A stretch of DNA of 64,000 nt from NCBI GenBank assembly GCA_024405635.1, contig JAKSOL010000003.1:32001-96000 (forward strand), given 5' to 3'. The position numbers and the translations under genes were made by a program. The stretch is from Salinivirgaceae bacterium. Its GTDB lineage: Bacteria > Bacteroidota > Bacteroidia > Bacteroidales > SZUA-534. Below are positions 1-8,518 of the stretch, in pieces; position 1 is the stretch's first letter, and each line of letters starts with the position of its first letter. Below the pieces are notes generated by a model. That model did not search any database. It was not told the origin of the DNA and saw nothing but the letters and a program-made list of their open reading frames with translations.

Positions 1-434
1 ATCGTAAAACTCTCAATCCTAGTTTTTGGCAAGAAAATAGCAATTCTCCATCGCTTAAATCGTGGCGCGGATTTTCGTTTGAAGAGGTGTGCTTTATGCA
101 TCAAGACAAGATAAAAGCAGCTCTTGGCATAAGCGGCATACACACTGAAGTGTCGTCGTGGATGACCAAAAATAAAGAGGAAAATGCGCAGATTGACATG
201 CTGATAGTTCGTGATGACAGGATTGTTAATATCTGCGAAATGAAGTTCCACTCTACTGAAGTGGCAATAGATAAAGACATGGATAAAAATCTCCGTAATA
301 AAATGGATGTTTTTATGACGGAAACTAAATGCAAAAAAACACCGCAAATAGTATTGGTAACAACTTACGGATTGAAACAGAGCCTGTATGGCAGTGTGGT
401 GCAGAAAGTTGTAACTATGGATGATTTGTTTTAA
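1..434 (+). CDS. AAA-family ATP-binding protein, C-terminal part (gene starts before the window)
   Basis: Frame is open from nt 3 (RKTLNPSFWQ...WRGFSFEEVCFMH...LGISG...AQIDMLIVRDDRIVNICEMKF). This is the C-terminal PD-(D/E)XK-like tail typical of Bacteroidales AAA ATPases. Confidence 0.75.
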   Translation, partial: RKTLNPSFWQENSNSPSLKSWRGFSFEEVCFMHQDKIKAALGISGIHTEVSSWMTKNKEENAQIDMLIVRDDRIVNICEMKFHSTEVAIDKDMDKNLRNKMDVFMTETKCKKTPQIVLVTTYGLKQSLYGSVVQKVVTMDDLF

Positions 435-573
435 GCGGAGACTATTTGTCGGCCGCATAAGATATAAGAGGATTCTTGCAACATTGTCGCAAATATTGAG
501 TTATTTTGTGAGAAAGTTTAATTGGTAAATATTCAGAACAACTGGATATGTAAACCAAATTATAAAGAATTAG

Positions 574-621
574 ACGCCCACGCTCCAAAGGCGAAAATAA
601 GGTTGGAGCAACGATATAAAT
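574..621 (+). repeat. Direct repeat copy 1 flanking the DUF3990 cassette
   Basis: acgcccacgctccaaaggcg-aaaataaggttggagcaacgatataaat matches 1563-1582 plus 1655-1680. Contains the internal inverted repeat gctccaa/ttggagc. Confidence 0.8.
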
Positions 622-844
622 GAGTATGTATAATTTACGCGACATAGTAGAATATACGGTTATGTTGATTGGCTCGTTTGCTAAGAGATATAACATTAGC
701 AGTCGGGAGGCTCAGTCATATTTGAGTCGCTATGGCGCTTTAGATTTGATTCAGTCTCATTATGGCATTATGCATACACAACGATTTGAGGATATGGTAG
801 ATGGCTTGTCTGCTTTTTGCAGAAGGAAGGGCGGTAATTTATGA
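620..844 (+). CDS. DUF3791-like small protein
   Basis: 74 aa with the pattern IGSFAKRYNIS..EAQSYLSRYGALDLIQSHYGIMHT. Stop overlaps the next ATG (ATGA). Confidence 0.75.
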   Translation: MSMYNLRDIVEYTVMLIGSFAKRYNISSREAQSYLSRYGALDLIQSHYGIMHTQRFEDMVDGLSAFCRRKGGNL

Positions 845-1317
845 AACTATATCATGGCTCAAATATGGTTATTGATAGGATAGACTTGTCATGTTCCAAA
901 CCAAATAAAGATTTTGGAAAGGCATTCTATTTGTCCGATGATTATGCACAAGCCGAGGAGATGGCTATGCTGAAAACTGTTTTCCTTGGAGGAACCCCGA
1001 TTGTTATGACCTTTGACTTTGATGAGTCATTGGTATCTAACGGAACATTACGATTCAAAAGTTTTGAAAGTTATACCGAGGATTGGGCTCGTTTTATTTA
1101 TGACCATAGAAATGATGAACAAGGACGAACATTGCATGACTATGATGTTGTGTATGGTCCAATAGCCAACGATAGAGTCGGAGCTCAAATCAACAATTTC
1201 AGGAATGGTTATATATCTTTTGAAACATTCTTGGAACGAATAAAATATATGAAAGGCATAACTTTTCAATATGCCTTTTGCACGCAGTTGGCAATATCGA
1301 AATTGAAGAGAATATGA
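841..1317 (+). CDS. DUF3990 family protein (ADP-ribosyltransferase-like)
   Basis: Motifs MKLYHGS...KDFGKAFYLS...YDVVYGPIAND...QYAFCT. Confidence 0.85.
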   Translation: MKLYHGSNMVIDRIDLSCSKPNKDFGKAFYLSDDYAQAEEMAMLKTVFLGGTPIVMTFDFDESLVSNGTLRFKSFESYTEDWARFIYDHRNDEQGRTLHDYDVVYGPIANDRVGAQINNFRNGYISFETFLERIKYMKGITFQYAFCTQLAISKLKRI

Positions 1318-1556
1318 ACGTTACAAAGCAAGAGTTCGATTTTATGGTTCAATCGCTCACAACCGATTTGATTACCATTCTAACAGAGAAAAATCATCTT
1401 TCTGTTAGCAAGGCTTTCGATGTTTTGTATCAGTCAAATACCTTCGCCAAACTTTGTGATGCAAACACAGGTTTGTATTATCAGTCAGCAAGATATATTT
1501 ATAGTTATCTTGTAGAAGAAAAGAAAGAAATGATTGACCAAGCATTGGCTTGTTGA
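1314..1556 (+). CDS. DUF3791-like small helical protein
   Basis: ATG at 1314 overlaps the upstream stop. Pattern AFDVLYQSNTFAKLCDANTGLYYQSARYIY is typical of partners encoded next to DUF3990. Confidence 0.7.
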   Translation: MNVTKQEFDFMVQSLTTDLITILTEKNHLSVSKAFDVLYQSNTFAKLCDANTGLYYQSARYIYSYLVEEKKEMIDQALAC

Positions 1557-1562
1557 TTATAA

Positions 1563-1680
1563 ACGCCCACGCTCCCAAGGCGTATCCGACGACAAACCGA
1601 GCGCAATCAAGCATGCTTGAATTGCCGAGGTGCGAAGAAGGAAGACCTAAGGTCAAAAAGGTTGGAGCAAAGACATAAAT
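1563..1680 (+). repeat. Direct repeat copy 2, interrupted by a 72-bp palindromic insert (1583-1654)
   Basis: Matches 574-621. The insert contains the perfect palindrome tcaagcatgcttga (1607-1620). Confidence 0.75.
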
Positions 1681-1710
1681 AAAAGGCGTCATCAACGCTT
1701 TGTTCTTGGA

Positions 1711-1914
1711 GATTCGAAACCTGAGAAATTTTGAATATACAATCAAGGACACTGCAGATAGAATGCCACGGATGAGTTGTATAAACTAGGTCCGTAGTGT
1801 GTCTGAGGGTATTATGTGCCCTCCCGACACACTCTACGGGTGTTTATATACTTCTCTGCGTGGGTATTTTGCATCTGCTCGTCTATTGTATAGGGTTTCT
1901 CAGGGCCTCGAATT
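1711..1914. ncRNA. Putative ~200-nt rod-like structured RNA / long imperfect inverted repeat
   Basis: Nested complementary blocks: ttcga/tcgaa, cctgagaaa/tttctcagg, tatacaat/attgtata, gac/gtc, gcagat/atctgc, ccacg/cgtgg, tataaac/gtttata, ccgtag/ctacgg, gtgtgtc/gacacac, gagggta/tgccctc. The fold is clear; transcription is not shown. Confidence 0.6.
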
Positions 1915-1996
1915 CGGACGAGTTTGGTGCAAATGCCCACGCTTTTTTTGTTTAATAAGAATACTGACAATGGGCATTTGTCAGTTGTTTGAGATT

Positions 1997-2383
1997 ATGA
2001 ATGAAGTTTTAAAATCCCATTTTCTAAGAATTTGGTGCATGATTGTAGCCGATGGAAATGTAGATCAAAAGGAACTCTCTTTTTTGTATCAATTGGGAGA
2101 TGAGTATGGTGTATCAAAGGCGGATGTGCACGATGCTATTTTATCAGGTGGAAATATTACAAGTTTCCCTCAAGACCAAATAGGTAGAATCCGGCATCTG
2201 TATGATTTGACTCGAGTGGCTTTAATAGACGAAAATTTGCATGAGAAGGAAAAATTGTTGTTGTGTGATTATGCAAACTTGTTTGGCTTTAACCCAGAAA
2301 TAGTCCCAGATTTTATAGAAGTGTTGTTGCAGAGTGCAAGAGAAAACGTCCCATTTAATGATTTGATTAAACAACTTAACTAA
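1997..2383 (+). CDS. TerB-family (tellurite resistance / DjlA N-terminal-like) protein
   Basis: Duplicated motif MIVADGNVDQKELSFL ... VALIDENLHEKEKLLL. ATG 1997 preferred over the upstream GTG, which lies inside the hairpin. Confidence 0.75.
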   Translation: MNEVLKSHFLRIWCMIVADGNVDQKELSFLYQLGDEYGVSKADVHDAILSGGNITSFPQDQIGRIRHLYDLTRVALIDENLHEKEKLLLCDYANLFGFNPEIVPDFIEVLLQSARENVPFNDLIKQLN

Positions 2384-2393
2384 TTGAAGAAAT

Positions 2394-3734
2394 ATGAATT
2401 TTGGATTAAAAACTTTGTTTAGAAAATCGGATGCCGATAATTTAAATAAGAACATTGTTGTCGATAGCGAAGATGTCAGAATGGAGGGCGAAACGTATAA
2501 AACTTGGGGATTTCGCTTGGCAGGTAAAGCTGGTGGCAATAATTCTGTGTTAAGTTCGGCTCTTAATGTTGTTGAACAAAATAATCGCAAGGAACAGATT
2601 GAAAACCAACAACAGCAAGAAAAAAGCAAACAAGAAATTGAAGCTAAATTGGATGCTCTTATTCTAAAGAAAAAGAAGTTGGAGGATCAAAAGAATGGAT
2701 TACAGAATGCTATTGAGGATAGTTTAGAGAAAATAACAAGTTTTAAGGATGCATATACTGATAAGGTAACTGATTATGAGAAAAAGAAGCAAGAAATAAA
2801 GAATGGAGCGACGGGAACAAATAGGACCTCAAAACTTACTTTGATTATATCATGTTTCTTGTTGCTTGCACTTGCTATATATCTATTTACATTTTATTCT
2901 TCGGCTGTTTATAGTGCATTCTTTAAGGAGTTTAAGTTTGATGATATGGGTTTTGGATCTACTATTTTGGATTCTCAAGCACTATCAAAAGCTTGGCATC
3001 AAGGATCTCAGTCTGGGTTGTTTTGTTCTCTCTTGCCATTTGTATTTGTTGCATTAGGTTTTGTTGTGTCTCAATTTGAAAATCAAGATGGATGGAAAAG
3101 CGTAGTTAAAACTATAATTATGTATGCTATTACATTTGTGTTTGATGCAATTTTAGCTTATGAGATTAGTAAAAAAATCTACGATATGGAAATGTTGACC
3201 CAATTAGGAGATTTTCCGCCATATTCTATCCGTATGGCATTTGAGAATATTGGTTTTTGGTCTATCATTTTCTTAGGCTTTATTGTCTATTTGATTTTTG
3301 GATTTGTTTTTGGATTTGCTATGAAAACATACGATGATTTGACTGATCGTAAAGGTCAATTGAGAATGATAGACAAAGATATCCAAAAAGAGCAAGAGAA
3401 GTTGAATAGAAAGATTGCATCAGAAAATAATAAGATTTCAAAAATGAAACTACAGGTGAATCAATTATCAAATAATCTTCTTGTTGTAGAACAGAATATT
3501 GCTCAACAAGAAAGATTAATCAATGGAAACTTAATTGATTTTAATGCTTTGTTAAAGGCACTTAATGAGTTTTTTATGGGTTGGATGAGCTATTTGACTG
3601 GTGCTTCGTCAGGTTCTGAAAAGAAAACATTGGCTCAGCAAATTTTTAACAATAAGATTTCGGAAGTGAATAATAGTTTTCACCCACAAAAAAAGGATGC
3701 GATAATTGATCAATTAACTTTAAAAACCGAATAA
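2394..3734 (+). CDS. Coiled-coil, multi-pass membrane protein of unknown function
   Basis: Q/E/K-rich coiled coil, about 4 hydrophobic helices, then a second coiled coil. AT-rich. Confidence 0.8.
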   Translation: MNFGLKTLFRKSDADNLNKNIVVDSEDVRMEGETYKTWGFRLAGKAGGNNSVLSSALNVVEQNNRKEQIENQQQQEKSKQEIEAKLDALILKKKKLEDQKNGLQNAIEDSLEKITSFKDAYTDKVTDYEKKKQEIKNGATGTNRTSKLTLIISCFLLLALAIYLFTFYSSAVYSAFFKEFKFDDMGFGSTILDSQALSKAWHQGSQSGLFCSLLPFVFVALGFVVSQFENQDGWKSVVKTIIMYAITFVFDAILAYEISKKIYDMEMLTQLGDFPPYSIRMAFENIGFWSIIFLGFIVYLIFGFVFGFAMKTYDDLTDRKGQLRMIDKDIQKEQEKLNRKIASENNKISKMKLQVNQLSNNLLVVEQNIAQQERLINGNLIDFNALLKALNEFFMGWMSYLTGASSGSEKKTLAQQIFNNKISEVNNSFHPQKKDAIIDQLTLKTE

Positions 3735-3735
3735 G

Positions 3736-4587
3736 ATGAAAAGAATTTTGTTATCTGCCCTATGGGGTATTGTATGCGTTCTATTTTGCAATGGTTGTTC
3801 AGGTTCTGGCAATTCAAATGGAAATGATGGTAGTGGCTCAACTAAAGTTAAGAAACCATTGAATATAACGGTGTTTATTGATTTATCTGACCGTATTGAA
3901 AAAAATACTCACCATGTTTCTTCTGAAACCAAGGATTTGGAGATTTTCAAACATTTGACTGCTAGTTTTAAAGAGAAAGCAGTTTCAGAAAAAATAGTTC
4001 CATGTGAGGATAGAATGGAGGTTTTCTTTTATCCTGTACCTAATGCTTCTGAAATAATTAACTTGTCTAAAGGTTTGATAATTGATCTAGCGAAGGTGAA
4101 TATTAAAAAAAAGAAGGAAGTGTTGAATCAGTTGGACGTTAAATGGGACTCTGCTTTGTCTCAAATTTATGCTCAAGCAAAAGCAGAAAAAAAATATCAT
4201 GGCGCTGATATCTACGGATTTGTTGGTAAAAAGATTAATTCTCAATGTGTTCTTCCTAATTATCGCAACGTGTTAATAATTCTTTCGGATGGCTATCCTT
4301 ATGATGTTAAATCGGCTAATTCGTATGGGAATAATGAATTTTCTTATGTTACTCCTAAATTGTTGAGACAATATCCTAATGCAAAATTGAAACCATTAAA
4401 AGTTGATTTGTCAAATTTGGAAATCCTTCTTTTGGAAGTAGATGAAGCGAATAAAGGAGATTATTATAAACTCCAGACTATTTGGGCAGATTGGTTAAAT
4501 GGTATGAATGTCAAGAGATTTGAAATGGCTGAAACAGATTTGCCAAATCAAACCCAAAAGGTTATTGATGCTTTTTTGAAGCAATAA
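3736..4587 (+). CDS. vWA-like lipoprotein
   Basis: Signal peptide with Cys followed by a G/S/N linker. VFIDLSDRI resembles a MIDAS DxS motif; LIILSDG is also present. Confidence 0.7.
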   Translation: MKRILLSALWGIVCVLFCNGCSGSGNSNGNDGSGSTKVKKPLNITVFIDLSDRIEKNTHHVSSETKDLEIFKHLTASFKEKAVSEKIVPCEDRMEVFFYPVPNASEIINLSKGLIIDLAKVNIKKKKEVLNQLDVKWDSALSQIYAQAKAEKKYHGADIYGFVGKKINSQCVLPNYRNVLIILSDGYPYDVKSANSYGNNEFSYVTPKLLRQYPNAKLKPLKVDLSNLEILLLEVDEANKGDYYKLQTIWADWLNGMNVKRFEMAETDLPNQTQKVIDAFLKQ

Positions 4588-4735
4588 AACAAATTACACT
4601 TTTCTTACAAAAACACACTTCAAACTTGAACTTTTCCCTAAAATTGGCACTTCAAAAATTATACTTTTTTAGAAATGTTGTAATTCGCAATTAGTCAATT
4701 TGTTGTGTGGTGTTTAATTCGTGGCTGGATTTATT

Positions 4736-4786
4736 AGGAATCAAACAAGCTGTTCTTATTGAAAAAAGATCGCTTGTTTGATTCCT
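4736..4786. terminator. 15-bp stem hairpin between convergent genes
   Basis: aggaatcaaacaagc ... gcttgtttgattcct. Confidence 0.6.
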
Positions 4787-4906
4787 TTATTCTAATATCA
4801 TGTAAATATTTCTAAATAGCGCATAATAAGCATTTTAAATATGTCGATAACCAGGCAAATAAAAAGCAGTATGTGCATTGTGTTTTCTCTCCGTAGGCTT
4901 ACCTAC

Positions 4907-5830
4907 CTAAAAACACCTACTTCGTTTAATCAAAAAAGCTGAAAGCACATCGGCGAAGGGTTGGTTAATGTCGGCTTCAACAAAATCGATGTTAAGTTGG
5001 CCGCAACGCGTGCGTAGTGTTGCGTTTTGTTTGGCCATTTGTTGTTGGTAGAATTGGCGAATCTCGTTGGGATTTAGTTTTATTGTCTCGCCAGTTTCCA
5101 TGTCGACAAACTTTATGGGGCGGTTTTTGAATTTTAGGTTTTGCTCGTGCTCGCAGTCGGTAAGTTGAAAAACTACAACCTCGTGTTTGTTGTATTTAAG
5201 GTGCTCAATGGCGTGAACTAGTTCATCTTGATTTGAGGTGAATAGGTCAGAGAATAACACAACCAACGACCTGCGGTGAATGTTGTCGGCAATGGTGTGT
5301 AGGGCTTGTGAAAGGTCGGTTTTTCGGTTTAGTTGAGCTTTGCTTTGGCTGATAAGCAATTGGTTTAACTGCGAGTAAATTAGTTTTATGTGGCTTTCAG
5401 TTAATCGGGCATCGGTTTGAAAATCAATGCCATCGGAAAAAAGAGTAAGGCCAACAGCGTCGCGTTGACGGCGTAGCAAGTGGGTCAAGGCTGCGGTGCA
5501 GTAAATGCCAAAAGAAAGTTTGCTACCTTTGCCGTTTTTCTCCATCGGAAAAAGCATTGACGATGAAGTGTCAAGTAAAATATGACAACGCAGATTGGTT
5601 TCTTCGTTGTATTGTTTAACGAAAAACTTGTCGGTGCGGGCAAATAGTTTCCAATCGATGTGGCGAGTCGATTCGCCTTGGTTGTAAAGTCGATGCTCGG
5701 CAAATTCGGCCGAAAAACCATGAAAAGGGCTGCGGTGTGTTCCGGCAATAAAGCCTTCAACTACTTGTGTGGCAATCCACTCAAGGTTATTAAATTGTTC
5801 AATGTCAATTATTTGCTGCAGAGTCTGCAT
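4907..5830 (-). CDS. DUF58 domain protein (MoxR-associated, vWA-like)
   Basis: HRSPFHGFSAEFAEHRLY, IDWKLFART, LLDTSSSM. Confidence 0.9.
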   Translation of the reverse strand: MQTLQQIIDIEQFNNLEWIATQVVEGFIAGTHRSPFHGFSAEFAEHRLYNQGESTRHIDWKLFARTDKFFVKQYNEETNLRCHILLDTSSSMLFPMEKNGKGSKLSFGIYCTAALTHLLRRQRDAVGLTLFSDGIDFQTDARLTESHIKLIYSQLNQLLISQSKAQLNRKTDLSQALHTIADNIHRRSLVVLFSDLFTSNQDELVHAIEHLKYNKHEVVVFQLTDCEHEQNLKFKNRPIKFVDMETGETIKLNPNEIRQFYQQQMAKQNATLRTRCGQLNIDFVEADINQPFADVLSAFLIKRSRCF

Positions 5831-6450
5831 TAAAGCGAGAACAAACTATTGGTGGCAACTTCAACGTTGCTTATTGCCTTGCTCAAGTCTTCGTTATTTT
5901 CCGAAAAATTAAGTTGGTCAACGTCAAGAATAACCAGTTTGCCAAGGTTGTAGTGTTCAATCCAAGCCTCGTAGCGCTCGTTTAGGCGTTTTAGGTAGTC
6001 GATGCGGATTGAACCTTCGTACTCGCGGCCGCGTTTTTGAATTTGGTTTACCAATGTTGGAACCGAAGCTCGAAGATAAATTAGCACATCGGGAGCTTGA
6101 ATGAATTTGCTCATTAGGTTGAATGTGCCTAAATAAGTTTCAAGGTCGCGAGTTGAGAGCAATCCCATGTCGTGAAGATTGGGAGCAAAAATGTGTGCGT
6201 CTTCGTAAATGGTGCGGTCTTGAATAACGTTTTTGTGCGAGTTAAGCAGGTCAACTATCTGGTTGTATCGACTATTCAAAAAGTTTATTTGCAAGTTGAA
6301 TGCCCAACGTTGCATGTCGTTGTAAAAGTCGTTGATGTATGGATTGTTGTCAGACTCTTCGTAATGAGCCTCCCATTTGAAGTGTTTCGACAATAGTTTG
6401 GTTAAGGTTGTTTTTCCTGAACCAATGTTACCCGCTACTGCTATATACAT
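5830..6450 (-). CDS. Deoxynucleoside kinase
   Basis: P-loop GNIGSGKTT, QDRTIYED, RGREYE. Confidence 0.92.
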   Translation of the reverse strand: MYIAVAGNIGSGKTTLTKLLSKHFKWEAHYEESDNNPYINDFYNDMQRWAFNLQINFLNSRYNQIVDLLNSHKNVIQDRTIYEDAHIFAPNLHDMGLLSTRDLETYLGTFNLMSKFIQAPDVLIYLRASVPTLVNQIQKRGREYEGSIRIDYLKRLNERYEAWIEHYNLGKLVILDVDQLNFSENNEDLSKAISNVEVATNSLFSL

Positions 6451-6517
6451 AGTTATCTGTTTTTTTCAGCGGACTAAAATAATCTTTTTGCTCGAAACTC
6501 AACAGGCTATTTTCCTT

Positions 6518-7165
6518 TCAAATTAAATTAACTAGTTGCTCAAATGATGCAATTATTGGGCAATGACTTTGTGATAGCCGTTCGGCATTTTGGTGACCAT
6601 GGCTCATTAGTAAGCACTTGCAGCCCATGTGTTTAGCAACTTCGTAGTCGTGCAAGGTGTCGCCAATAAGCAGAACTTGGTTGCTGTTTACTCCAAGTTG
6701 GCTCATTAGCTCAATGCCTTGCTCGGCTTTTCCTTTGGCGTAATGGTCGCCGCAACCATAAATATTTTCAAACATTTGGCCAATGCCAAGTGCATTAACC
6801 GACTCAACTAGCGCTTTTTGCTCCATTGCCGATAGTATTATCTGTTTGATGTTTAGTTGTTTAATGCGGTTTAATACATCGGTAGTTTTGTAAAATAGCC
6901 CAACTTGTGGCAATTTTTTGAAAAAAATATCCATGTACTCCATAGCTGGAGTTTCAAAAGGTTCGCGGCTGAAGTCGAATCCTGCAAGCTCGTAGTATTT
7001 CTGCACTGGAAAGGTGAATATTTGCTTGTATCGCTGTTCGGTAAGTGGCGCCAATCCTCGGCTTTCAAGCAACTGATTCATTGAACTTATGCTTATGTCG
7101 AGGTCGTTAAGCAAGGTCCCGTTCCAGTCCCAAATCACAATTTTTATGTTGCTAAGTAGGCACAT
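6518..7165 (-). CDS. HAD-family hydrolase (phosphoglycolate phosphatase-like)
   Basis: WDWNGTLLND and IGDTLHD. Confidence 0.9.
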   Translation of the reverse strand: MCLLSNIKIVIWDWNGTLLNDLDISISSMNQLLESRGLAPLTEQRYKQIFTFPVQKYYELAGFDFSREPFETPAMEYMDIFFKKLPQVGLFYKTTDVLNRIKQLNIKQIILSAMEQKALVESVNALGIGQMFENIYGCGDHYAKGKAEQGIELMSQLGVNSNQVLLIGDTLHDYEVAKHMGCKCLLMSHGHQNAERLSQSHCPIIASFEQLVNLI

Positions 7166-7168
7166 TTG

Positions 7169-7672
7169 CTAAAAAATGATGCGCAAAAAAGCTATTGTAA
7201 TACCAACCGAAACTGCCAACTTAAGCACAATTCCGCTTAGTATGCCCATAAACGAGCCTAATGCTGCATATAGAGCAGAGTCGTTGCTAGTGTTGCTATT
7301 CAGTTTTTCGCCAATAAATGCGCCCAAAAACGGACCAACTATAATGCCAATTGGCCCAAAAAACAATCCGATAATAATGCCAATAGTGGCTCCCCACGCG
7401 CCTTGTTTTGTGCCTCCAAATTTTTTTGTGCCAATTATAGGTACAACATAATCGAGCACTGTTACCGCAATCATAAGCAACGCCCAAACAACAAGTGTTG
7501 TTGCACCAAAATGCCCCCAACGGTCAGTAAACCAAATGCATGGCAAAGCAAGCCAACTCAAAAGCGGACCAGGAATAACTGGCACCACACAACCAACTAA
7601 ACCAATTAGCAGCAAACCAATGCTGAAAAAAAGCAGTAAATAGTCAAAGTATTGAAATAAGTCAATTCCCAT
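7169..7672 (-). CDS. DUF456 family membrane protein
   Basis: PVIPGPLL, KKFGGTK.GAWGA, GPFLGAFIGE. Confidence 0.88.
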   Translation of the reverse strand: MGIDLFQYFDYLLLFFSIGLLLIGLVGCVVPVIPGPLLSWLALPCIWFTDRWGHFGATTLVVWALLMIAVTVLDYVVPIIGTKKFGGTKQGAWGATIGIIIGLFFGPIGIIVGPFLGAFIGEKLNSNTSNDSALYAALGSFMGILSGIVLKLAVSVGITIAFLRIIF

Positions 7673-7696
7673 ATCAGTTAAATAGATGTTGTTAGA

Positions 7697-8359
7697 TTAC
7701 CATTCAATAGGTTCAATTCCGTGCAATTTTAGGTATTCGTTTGCTCGGCTAAAATGATGGTTGCCAAAAAAACCGCGCGAAGCCGATAGTGGCGAAGGGT
7801 GAACCGACTCAAGTACCAAGTGCTTGCTTTTGTCAACCATTGCAGCCTTTGCTTGTGCGTATGCCCCCCAAAGTATAAACACAACGTGTTCTTTTTGATT
7901 GGCCACAGTGCTAATTACCGCATCGGTAAAAGTTTCCCAACCTTTTTTCTGATGCGATCCTGCCATATCGGCTTTAACGGTAAGAGTTGCGTTAAGTAGT
8001 AGCACCCCTTGTTTTGCCCAACGAGTAAGGTCGCCGCTCAAAGGTACAGGTGCGCCAATGTCGTTTTTTATTTCTTTGAAGATGTTTTTTAACGATGGAG
8101 GAAAAGGCACGCCATCTTGTACCGAAAAGCTCAAACCATGAGCTTGTCCCTCGCCGTGGTAAGGGTCTTGTCCAATAATTACCACCTTAACATTATTAAA
8201 CGGACAGCAGTTAAATGCGTTGAAAATTAAATTGCCCGGTGGATAAATGCGAGTAGTTTGGTATTCGTGACGAACAAAATTGGTAAGTTGCTGAAAATAA
8301 GGTTTATCAAACTCAACTTGCAGGCGTTCTTTCCACGATTCTTCAATTTTAACTTCCAT
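7697..8359 (-). CDS. ung: Uracil-DNA glycosylase
   Basis: [22 protein letters not shown]. Start taken at MEVKIEE. Confidence 0.97.
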   Translation of the reverse strand: MEVKIEESWKERLQVEFDKPYFQQLTNFVRHEYQTTRIYPPGNLIFNAFNCCPFNNVKVVIIGQDPYHGEGQAHGLSFSVQDGVPFPPSLKNIFKEIKNDIGAPVPLSGDLTRWAKQGVLLLNATLTVKADMAGSHQKKGWETFTDAVISTVANQKEHVVFILWGAYAQAKAAMVDKSKHLVLESVHPSPLSASRGFFGNHHFSRANEYLKLHGIEPIEW

Positions 8360-8518
8360 AAAAAACAATGTTGATATGATAGCAAAGTTATTGTAATAGT
8401 TTGAAAAATGCCCACCTTTCAACCGCCTGCGGTGCATAAAACGCGCTAAACTAATTGTTTCAAAGTGTGTTTAATTGCTTAAAGCACTTAATTTTGCGGT
8501 CAGTAAAAAAACATACGT

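Noticed and set aside
574-1914. CRISPR array or classical integron attC sites
   Set aside because: Only two repeat copies about 1 kb apart, no regular spacers, no RYYYAAC/GTTRRRY cores, and no cas or intI gene in the window.
1711-1914. Retron msr-msd or group II intron RNA
   Set aside because: No reverse transcriptase in the window, and the fold is a single rod.
1799-1996. 66-codon N-terminal extension of the TerB ORF from GTG 1799
   Set aside because: It runs through the rod hairpin and has non-protein-like composition. TerB similarity starts at ATG 1997.
4907-5830. DUF58 as part of the adjacent vWA/TerB operon
   Set aside because: Opposite strand, separated by a hairpin, backbone composition, and coupled to the deoxynucleoside kinase.
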